Shown here: piece after piece, positions 16,782 to 26,800 of the stretch
How the letters are laid out: every line of letters begins with the position of its first letter
Numbering within the stretch: position 1 is the first letter of the stretch
NCBI RefSeq assembly: GCF_000315625.1
Contig: NW_005434496.1
Coordinates: forward strand, 1-32,903
Source of the DNA: Guillardia theta CCMP2712
Taxonomy: Eukaryota > Protista > Cryptophyta
DNA: 32,903 nucleotides
Reading direction: 5' to 3'
Program-made: the position numbers and the translations under genes
The notes under the pieces: generated by a model
What the model was told of the DNA's origin: nothing
Seen by the model: only the letters and a program-made list of their open reading frames with translations
The model's database searches: none

Positions 16782-17039
16782 AGCGGCGATGCCTGTTATC
16801 GGCTCAATTGGAGAGTAAGGGGAAATCGCATGAAACTTTTGATCCCTGGATTCACAAACAAGTCAGGACTCTCCAGCAGGTTAGGTCAGGTGAGAAAACT
16901 TCATGGAAAGGGAGCAGAGAACAATGGGAAAGCAACAGTGAAGAGATGGAATGAGAAAATAAGAAAACACGAGGTACGGAAAACTCAAAAACGTGAAAGA
17001 ATCTGAACGATGTCCGTTGGGTGGGAGGGCAGTGGCAGA

Positions 17040-17395
17040 AGGAAAGGAGAAGATGAGAGGACGAGAGGAGAGAACAGAAGAAAGAGAGGAGGAGAGGAGA
17101 GGAGAGGAGACGAGAAGAGAGGAAAGGAGAGAAGAGGAGGAGGAGAAGAGGAAAGGAGAGGAGGAGAGGAGGACGACAAGGAGGACGACGAAGAGGACAA
17201 AAAGGACGAGGACGATGAGGTGGAGGTGGAGGTTAACAAGGAGGACGAGGAGCAAGAGGAGGAGCAGGATCAGGAACAGGAACAGGAGGAGGAGGTGAAC
17301 GAGGAGGAGGAGGTGGTGGTGAACGACGACGACGACGACGAGGAGGAGGAGGAGGAGGAGGAGGAGGAGGAGGAGGAGGAGCAGGAGCAGGAGGT

Positions 17396-17430
<35 letters not shown>

Positions 17431-17468
17431 GGCAGGGGCAGGGGCAGGGGCAGGAGCAGGAGCAGGAG
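17040..17468. repeat. Compound purine microsatellite tract: (GAGAG)n, (GAG)n, (GAC)n, (GAGCAG)n
   Basis: Read directly from the sequence; upstream of the VPS10 ATG. Confidence 0.9.
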
Positions 17469-17639
17469 TGTTGGGAGTGTTGGGGCGGGAGGGGATGCCA
17501 GCCATTGAGCTGATGACCAAGAGAACAAAGAGAACCAACAATCACTCAACTCTCATGAAATAAACTCTTCGAGCTCGCCTCATGATAAGAGATAGGGGCT
17601 TTGAAAGGACATCGGGCTCGACAGTGACTGTTGCCCTTG

Positions 17640-18460
17640 TTTAGGTCACCGGGTCACCGGGTGGTTAGCTCAGACGGAGCCTCGGCCGACTGCCAAGTTC
17701 GGAGTCCGATCGGATCAGATGATCCAGGGCCAGTGCGCGGCCGGGGCACCGCTGGGCCCGGACTCGCCGGGACCAGATAACCGTTAGGGCCGCCGGGCCG
17801 CCGGACCGTCAACTTGGCAGGCCGGGCTGAGTCCCGGGCCCGGGCCGGTCGGCCCGGCGGCCAGCCTCAATTTGAGTCCGTCCCGGGCGGACGTCGCCCG
17901 GATGCCAGCCTGCCTGCGTCTGAACTTCCGGCGGAAGTTGACATATGATTTCACTTTGTTAACTTCGAGTAAACTGACTGCCAGGGCTACTGAGTTTTAC
18001 TTAACTTTGAGTAAACGTACGGTAGTTCCTGTAACGCGGGGGACCCTGACCTAACTAATAGGTACACTTCAAGAATCCACCATTACCATACTCTTTACTC
18101 AAAGTTACGTGAAAAATCAGTACTACCAATCATTTTCTTTACTCAAAGTTAAGTTAAAGATCAGTACGAATAATGCACGGTACCATCTAGTACTGAGTAC
18201 GGTAGCCACCGGGTCCCCCTCCCGGCCCCCGGCCCCCGGTACTACCAGGAATTAACTTTCAACTTATAATGGCCAAGTGACTTGCGGCCCTTCAGTATCA
18301 GCGGGCCGGGGCCCCGGGTCGGAGTTTATTGAATGTTCCGCCGGGGCTCCGTCCCACGTGACTTCTGCGCCGTGACTGCCCTGAAGTGGTCGGACAGTAG
18401 TATGCGAAGGAGTCACGGGAAGGTACGAAGGGCCACGGTTTCGCAGCCTTGGTGGTCAGA
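17640..18460. repeat. GC/CCGG-rich palindromic island with an internal AT-richer inverted-repeat array (MITE/foldback-like or regulatory)
   Basis: Inverted pairs CTGCCAAGTT/AACTTGGCAG (17690-17699 and 17811-17820), AACTTCCG-G-CGGAAGTT (17923-17939), and ACTTAACTTTGAGTAAA/TTTACTCAAAGTTAAGT (17999-18015 and 18138-18154). Confidence 0.7.
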
Positions 18461-18660
18461 CTGCGACTTCTGAAAGTGAACCGACGCTGCAACCAACGGG
18501 GAAAAACAATTTTTGAATTCTCACCGTTGCATTTACGCAACTTTTCGCTTTTACTGAACCTACCCCACCCTCTATCCTCCTTTGATACCTTCGAGCCCAT
18601 CCTCCTAGGGCAGCGCTTCCCCTCCTACACCATCACATACCTCAACACTGCTTCCACACA

Positions 18661-19446
18661 ATGTCCTTGTTGACAGGTCTTCACGTCCGCCGCCCCTCCT
18701 CCCTCCTCCCCTTCCCCGCTGCCCGCCGCGCCCGACTCACTCCTCCTCAGCGTGCCGCCATCGTCATGATGGACTCTATCAAGAACCCCCAAGAGCGCCT
18801 GACTCACTCTCAAATGGCTCACATGCTCGGCACGACCCGCTCAGCCATCTCCAAGACCCTCCGCCCGCAGTGTGTGGCGAGGATCCAAGCCATGTATCCG
18901 CAGCTCTTCACGACGAGCGGGGTGAAGGAGACGCACGAGTTCTTCGCCCTCCACTCCTCCCAGCAGACCTCGCAGCTTGACCCCGAGGCCTGCCGTGCTG
19001 GCTCGCAAGGGCCGCCGGAGCAGTCCCAGCCACAGCCCCAGCCCCAGCCCCAGCCCCAGCCCCAGCCCCAGGCCCAGGCCCAGCCCGCGTACAAGACGGT
19101 GGACTTCATGGTGTGCATGGCGGAGGGTGTCTGCGAGGGCGTGTCAGTACGGCTGGAGGTAGACGGGGAGGGGCGGGTGGTGAGGGGGCATGGGGCGCTG
19201 GTGAGGGCGCTGGTGGAGGAGTACGAGCTGGTGCTGGGGTGCTGCGAGGAGAGCGTGGTGGTGTCGTACGAGGACTCGGACGGAGATCGGGTGGAGATGA
19301 GGTCGGACGAGGACTTGGCACAGGCGATGGAGAGCTATCCTTTCGGGTACGTGAGGGTGTACGTGCAGGGGAGAGGGGGAGGGGGAGGGAGCTGCGGGGG
19401 CGGGGAATGGATCGTAGGGGAGCCTCCGGCTCCGACGCGAACGTGA
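18661..19446 (+). CDS. Intronless putative transcription factor: CENP-B/pogo(psq)-type HTH, (PQ)n linker, C-terminal PB1 domain
   Basis: 261-aa ORF with coding-like codon bias. RARLTPPQRAAIV...LTHSQMAHMLGTTRSAISKTLR fits the CENP-B N-terminal HTH pattern (RxxLTxx+RxxI...xxx+AxxxGxxRSxISKxL+). VVVSYEDSDGDRVEMRSDEDLAQAM...VRVYV is the PB1 OPCA motif. Confidence 0.82.
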   Translation: MSLLTGLHVRRPSSLLPFPAARRARLTPPQRAAIVMMDSIKNPQERLTHSQMAHMLGTTRSAISKTLRPQCVARIQAMYPQLFTTSGVKETHEFFALHSSQQTSQLDPEACRAGSQGPPEQSQPQPQPQPQPQPQPQAQAQPAYKTVDFMVCMAEGVCEGVSVRLEVDGEGRVVRGHGALVRALVEEYELVLGCCEESVVVSYEDSDGDRVEMRSDEDLAQAMESYPFGYVRVYVQGRGGGGGSCGGGEWIVGEPPAPTRT

Positions 19447-19789
19447 AGCGTTTCGGAGGATGAAGCATCAAAGAAAAACGATGATGAATGGCTTTCAGCG
19501 GTTGGAAGGTAGAAGGCCTTGTGTTCAACGTTGTTGCTGAGGCTTGGCCTGGACTCGGTATGTCTAATTATACACCCGGTTATCAACATAAGACGGCGGC
19601 GGGTTGAATTGAATATAAATACTTTGAAGTATGCTGATAATGATCTTTTCAAGTGTGATGATAAGAATCCTGACAATGGCTGAATTAGAAGTTCATGCAG
19701 CACACATGGGCGTCGGGATCACTATTAGCGGCTATCCTATTGTCTTTGAGGTCCTAAGACAGGGCTATCCGATGATCCGAGACACGTTG

Positions 19790-19925
19790 GGGTTCCGGAC
19801 CAAGTCAACTGAGCCTCAGCCTCAGCAGTGACTGCAGCCTTGCGAACGGTTCAGCTGAGCCCGGACCGTGGCTGAGTCCGAGTCGGGCCGAGGCCCCGTG
19901 ACTGTCCGACGGTCCGACGGTCGCA
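19790..19925. repeat. Small GC-rich CCGG/GAGTC/CTGAG island upstream of the FN3 gene
   Basis: Shares words with 17640-18460 (GGCTGAGTCC, CCGTGACTG, ACTGTCCGAC) and contains short tandem duplications. Confidence 0.6.
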
Positions 19926-20079
19926 TTTGGAATTTTGTTCCTTGAACGGAACATCGGTAGTTGACAGGCGGGTCATCCATCTAACCGGCATGGCCGGAAG
20001 GCCTGCAGGGGGGGAAGCGGGGGGGACGGCGGGGATTTCATGGCTGAGATGGCGAAGAAGGAGAGGACGGCTGGGGGAG

Positions 20080-23000
20080 ATGCTGCTGAAGATGCTGATG
20101 ACGACGATGACGATGGCTGTGCGAGGAGACGCTACATGTTCAGTGGATCCGCGACAGGAGCGAGTTAGAGGTGTAGTCGCTTCCGAGGTCGATTTGACAT
20201 CAGTGCTCATATCATGGGATGGCAGAACAGGGGTGCTGTGCGCGAAGTATGTTCAGGTCCTGTGGAAGAGGCAGGACACGCTGTCATGGGAGGCAGGGGA
20301 GATCGTTGGGTCGTCAGTTGGAAGCATCAGAATCGGAGGGCTGGAAGGAGGGACTGTGTACAGTGTTAGAGTTCAGACTGTCACCAGTGATGGGTATGGG
20401 ATACCGGAAGATGTAACGGTCGAAACAAGAGATTTCTTGAAGGCAACTAACTTGTTCGCAAGCACCGACAACAAGAGTACGAGCGCTACCTTGACCTGGT
20501 TGAACGCTACCATCAGCGAACAATACCTACAGTCGTTGTTATCCAGCGAGGATCAAGGTTTGACTTGGAACAATATTGTGGCGATTCCAGTTTGCAATCT
20601 CAACGGAAGTTATTGCACACAGACGGTGAACGGCCTCAAATCAATGCAGGCGTATCAATTTCGTGTTGAAACATCATTCAAAGACGCGAAGGGTGTTCTG
20701 CCAAGCATCCCTTCAAACAGAATAGTTATCCTTGATACATACCCGCCAGGCTCTGTCAGTCTTCAGTCTGTGAATTCAACTTCATTCTCGGTCACAATCA
20801 CATGGACAGATCTTTCTCCCATCAGTTCAATCAAGCAACACCTGATAGAAATCATTCTCGCTTCACAACAATTCCCTGACCCCAATCCGATTTCATCATC
20901 CTCGTCCAACATTGCAACCTTGTCCAACCTACCGAAGAACACACAGTTCTCAGTCAGAGTGTCCATTGTAGACATCTACGAAAGGACATCTCTTCCCAGC
21001 CAGCCTCTCCTCATATCCACTCTTCCTACTCTCCCGGGAAAGATCAACTTGCCAACAGCAAACATTTCCAATCAGGTCATCGTGCTGACATGGATGTCAT
21101 TGAAGTCAAACAACGAGACTGGAGGGCTGCCCATCCTCTCTTACAGGATTTATGGGAAGAGAAGCGATGAGACAAGCTTCACTCGCATTCTTGAGTTCAC
21201 ACCCTCTTCGTCGATCCAGCAGGTCACGTTACATTCTCTGTCCTCCCTCGCTGACGTTTGCAAGGCAGACTGCGAATGTTCAGTCCACCGTCGCTGGATT
21301 TGCCTATCAGTTCATAGTGACAGCGGTGAACTCAGTCGGGGAAGGGTTGCTGGGTACACCCTCAGTCAGTATCACTTCACCAATCTCTCCTATGATCAGC
21401 TCGCCGCATGTACTTTACATGTTCCAACGTTGCCTGCTGTGAATTCTGTTGGTTGCTCAGGTGAACATCATCACAAGCAAGGATTCGTGCGCTGCAAACG
21501 TCTCATGGGGATCCGTCTTTGTGCAGAGCCAGGGCTACATCGTTTCGATGCAGGTAGACTGAAGTTTCTCTGACTTCTGCAAGTAGTCAGCCTCAGAAAC
21601 TGACTGCTGCTGTATCAGGACTTGTTTGCTGGGCAAGGTGTACCCTTTGATGCTGGGATTGTGCTGCCTGCAGACCAGCGGTCTTATCTGTACAGCAACT
21701 TGTCGCAAGGGTTCTTGTACACGTTCAGAGTTGTCCAGTTTGCGGATCATCAAACTGCCAGTCAGTACAGCATTCCGGTAAGAGAAAGAGACTCTGTTTG
21801 CTTCCATGACCTCTCGGAGCTTAACTTGCCTTCATGATTGACTTCATTGCTCTTGAAACTCCTTTCTCCTTCTCTTCCATCCTCCCTCTTCTCGTCATCC
21901 TCCCTCCTGCTTCTTGCTGACACCGATAGCCTCTTCCTCCTCTTCCTCCTCTTCCTCCTCTTCCTCCTCTTCCTCCTCTTCCTCCTCCTCTCGCTCGCAC
22001 TCTAACCTTCCTCCTGCTCAGGTCACTGTAGAGACTCCAGACAGTAGCGCCCCGACGTCTGTCCGCGCGGACTCCTCGGGGCTGGCCATCACTGTCCAGT
22101 GGGTTGCTCCCTTGCTCGTGAATGACATCTCAATGTTCCAGGTGCCTCCTACTATCCTCGCTCCCTCCCTCGCTCCCTTCTGCTTCGCTCCCTCCCTCCT
22201 ACCTACCTCCCTACCTACTTCCCTCCCTCCCTCCCTCCCTTCCTCCCTCCCTTCCTGATCTCACGCACCGTTCCATGCAGATCTTTCAGGTCGACGAGGC
22301 TGGTCAGATCACCATGCTGTCGACATCGTCCTCCACACTCTCCTTGACCGTACAAGGAGTTGTTGGCAAGCAGTACAAGTTTGCAGTGCAGACAAGATAT
22401 GTCAACGGTGAGTCCTGGATGTGTTTGAGCTTCGTTGATTACAATCAACTCTTCCTTCCTTATCTCTGCTCCACTCCATTCTCCTGTCCTTCTCTTCGTT
22501 TCTCCCTCCTCCAACACCACTCGTAATTCTTTTCAAATCATCTCGTCTCGTTTCTCATTTCCTTTGACGTTTACATCCTTATCCTTTGATGTATTCTGTT
22601 GCTTACTCGTTGTCTTCTTTCTCTCCTCTCTCCTTCGCTCCTCTCTCCTCTCCTCTGTTCTTGACGTCTTCTCTCGCCTCCCCTGCTCCTCTCCTTCTAT
22701 TCATCTTACCCTCTCCTTCATTGTCAACCAGGTAGCGGCTCTCGAGTCAGCTTGTGGTCTCCCAACGTCTCTATCCCAGCAACCGTTCCTCTTCCCGTCT
22801 CGGCCCCTACCCTCCAGCTCGTCTCCAGCTGCAGCAGGTGCATCCTAGTCTCTTGGACCTTCTCAAACGTCGCGCCTACCAATGGAGGAAACGCCAACGT
22901 CTCCTTCGAGGTCAAAATATGCCATAGCTCTCCCTCCTGCCGAGTTCCTCCTGCTTCCCTCCCTCCCCGCTGCTCCTGCCTGCCTCCCTGCCTGCCTCCC

Positions 23001-23834
23001 TGCCTGCCTCCCTGCCTCCCTCCCTGCCTGCCTCCCTGCCTGCCTGCCTGCCCCTTCCATTTTAGTGTCTATACGTGCTACTCCTTCCTTCGTGATTTTG
23101 ATTCTACCATTCATTTTTCACCTCTTTTCCCTTCCCTCTCCTCCCTCTCTATCCTTCTCTCTCTTCCATTACCCACATCTTCTTCCCTCCCTCTCTCTCC
23201 CTGCCTTCTTCCCTCCCTCCGTCTGTCTGTCCGTCCCTCTCTTTCTTGTTTCCTCCCTCTCTTTCGTTTCTCCCTCCCTCTCTCCTCATCATTTTCCTGC
23301 CATGACGTCTTTGCTATACAGGTCCAGGACTCTGTCGACTCGATCACAGTCCCAACAGGCGACGTCCGCAGCGTCACGCTGACCAACCTCAGACCCAAGT
23401 TGTTTCATCAGATCGCAGTGCGAGTTAAGAACAACATTGGCTCCTCATCATGGAGTTCCTCCTCTTCCATCTTTCTCCCAGCCACCTACCCTGATGCTCC
23501 CACCAACTTGCAGGTTGTGGTTGGAAGCTACCAGGTGGTCAGCGGGATCATACAAGTCAGCCTTTCCTGGTCTGTTCCGCTGTCAGGGGATGATCAGAAG
23601 CTTGTTAGTTACCGCCTGTACAACACAACGATTCTCAATGATCTTGATCAAGGGACGGTGATCACTGTTGCCTACGGGAATGCGAACAATTTCACAGTGA
23701 AGAATCTTGTCGGGGGGATAGAGTACACTTTCCGTCTGAAAGCAATCAACAGTCAGAACTTGGAGGGGCCAAGCTCGAACTCAGTCTTCTTCGTTGCTGG
23801 CGAGGTTAGCGAACTCAGTCAACTCACTCTCCAT

Positions 23835-23899
<65 letters not shown>

Positions 23900-26800
23900 T
23901 TCGTTGACCTGTGTTGTCGTTCTTTCTGTGATTGCTACCCCTAACAGTTTCATTACACTTCCTCCGTGTTTATCTTCTTTCAACCCTCCTCCACTCTCTT
24001 CCTCTCTCCTCCTCTCTCCTCCCCATCTCCCTCTCTCCTCCCTCCCTCCCTCACTGACAGTTTGTCATAGGTTGCCCCTCTAGCCATGCCTGCTCCCTCT
24101 TACTCTGCCATCGCAAACCCTGATACCGGATCCTACTACAAGGTTCAAGTGTCTTGGGTAACGCCAACGTCAACAAGAGATGTAGGAGGAACAGCGTTGC
24201 TGAATCTTGTCCTCCAATACTCCAACCAGAGCTCGACTATCTCCCAGCCAAGCACCATCACAGACTGGAAGACACTGTGCACACCGGTCGACGCTTCTTA
24301 TCCCTGCTTGTCGTCAGGCAAACTTTCCGTCGTCTCCTCCATACAGTTCATCGTCATCAAAGGGACTTACTACTACCTCCGCATCGCTGCTCAGAACTCA
24401 GTTGGGTTGGGAGCTTTCAGTGACGTGTTATCCATCCCTCCTTTCTTCACTGTCCCTACTCAACCTCCTGCTCCCAACCTGATCCCTGCCACCAACAATG
24501 GGGTCAGTGTGGGGTGGGAGAGCTATGACGCGGCCTGCAGCGGTTGCTACCTCAGCAAGACAGTCAACGGAGGAAGGGTGATCACGAACTTGCAAGTCAT
24601 GATCAACCTAGGGGACGGAGTTTGGCGTATGCTCAACGACACTGTTGTGGGAGCTGCGAGAGCGACGGGGATCATCTACTCAAACGAGGACATTTACTCC
24701 AAGAAACGATTCAGCATGACCCTCTACGGTACCAACTACTCCTTCCGCATCCGCGCGAGCAACGACAACATGGCGACCTGGAGCTTGTGGTCGCCGACGT
24801 CAACAGGGACTACCTTGACCAACACGTTCGCCAACCTCAATGTCTCCTCCGGCTCCCCTCCCACCACCTGCGTCTTCTTCGAGTGGTACTACCCCTCTGA
24901 TTTCTGTGCGTCTGGTTGCGCCGTCCTCTACTTCGGCCGCTCCTCCTCCTCGCTGCAAGCAGCTCAAGTCGACGTCAGCATCAGCTACTCCACCTCTCAC
25001 GCTACTGGTACCCTCTGCAACCTGATCCCCGGCTCCTCCTACTACTTCCAAGTCAGAGGGAACCAGTCTGGAGTCTCCTACTCCTCCTCTATCTTCGGCC
25101 CCCTGCTCACCACCGTCGCCGTGCCCTCAAGCTCCATCTCCTTCTCTGTCCAAGTTCTGCTCGGCAGCGACCCCTCCGTTGGCAGCGTCCTCGTGCAGTG
25201 GGCTGACTTCTCCTCCTCCTGCTCAGCTGGACCCATCAATGCAGATGGCTCCATCAGCGCCTGCCCACGAGGCGGCCCAGCAGAGACTGTCAGGTGGCAA
25301 GTGTACATGCGGTTGAGCGGCACAGCCTACGGCAGCGCGCTGGTCGAGCTAGAGGAAAGCAAGCTGACGTACCAGGTGACGGGCCTGCTGAAAGGATCCT
25401 CGTACTGCTTCACCATGCGCAGCAGGAACAGCGTCTTGAGCAGCAACTTTGCTACTGAGCAATGCCTGACAGGAGCTTTCGTTACCGTGCCTGCTGCTCC
25501 TCCTCCTCCCTTCGTCCCTACTGCGAGCCTGACGAGTCTGCGAGTTAGTTTCCGTCCTCCCTCCGACCTCGGCGCGAGTTACGCAAAAGTGAAGAACTTC
25601 TTGCTGACCATGACACCTGGAAGAACTTCCGTCAGCGAGCAGTTCCAGTTTGACTGGCAGCGGTCTACCATCGTCACCGGACTCCAGGCGAACTCTCAGT
25701 ACAAGTTTGACTTGCGAGTCAAAAACGACCTGGTCGACAGCTGGAGTGAAGCTAGCTTGCCTACCTACGGGCAGACTGTCTCCCTCCCCCCAGCTGCCGT
25801 CCAGGTGTCAGGCACAGCAGCGACCAGCGTCTCGCTCGCCCTGAGCCCTCCACCAGTAGCTCAGCAGGGCAGCAACATCATCTATGGGTACAAGGTCCTC
25901 TATTCCTCCTCTGCTCTCAACGGCTCGTTCCTCTGCGCAAACGACGGCTTTTCCACCTGCCAAGTCTCCTCCCTCCTCCCTGGGATCAGGTATGACATCA
26001 AGGTCTCCACTAGCAACGACCCGCTCCTCCTCGCCAGCTTCGGCCCTCCCTCCTCCTCTGTCTTCGCCACTACACAGGCATACGCTCCCATCATCGGACA
26101 GCCAACGGTCTCAGGCGTGGACTGGCAGAGTGTGTATGTCTCATGGACTAGTCAGGACAGCGGCTCTCCCCTCTCCTCCTACACCATCGTCGCCTCTTCG
26201 GGCACATTTGAGCGGACTTTTCAGTCCTCCTCCTCGCCTTTCCTCGCGACTGGACTCGGATCGTCCCGCGTCTACACGTTTACCGTCACAGGGAGCAACC
26301 AGCTCGGGACAGCTACCAGTCCTCCCTCTGCCCCCTTCCTCCTCCCCCCAGCTGCTCCCCAGCGCCCCTCCTTCGTTGAGGTCCACAGCAGGTCCGTCGT
26401 CGTGTCCCTCAGCAGCAGCAGCAGGAGTGCTGACGTCACCAGCCTTGAGCTGCAGTACAAGACTTCTCCCTCCTCCTCCCAGTACGAGTCCAGCCTCCGA
26501 CTGATCCGCAATGCAGCATGGACAAGCATGGCCCCGGTCCCCTCAAGCCAGCAACAACTTACCATCAGCGGCCTTGCCAGCTCTTCCCAAGTTCAAGTCC
26601 GCATCCGAGCGCAGAATCCTACAGGGCTCAGCACTTGGTCGGAGATAGCGAGTACGACGACTATGCAGGAGGCTCCGTCCTTACCCTACGTGGAGCAATT
26701 CGGAGCCAAGTGGGTGCTACTGAAGTGGACGCCTCCCACCGGCGCGAAGAATTTCTACACGATCATCATCAGCATGTGGAACGGGTCCTCGTTCCTGGAC

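Noticed and set aside
17659-17725. tRNA-like start GGGTGGTTAGCTCAGACGGAGC...CTGCCAAG (Gly-GCC-like loop)
   Set aside because: No T-arm/B-box or matching acceptor stem, and the arm spacing is wrong. At most a degenerate relic; tRNAscan-SE would settle it.
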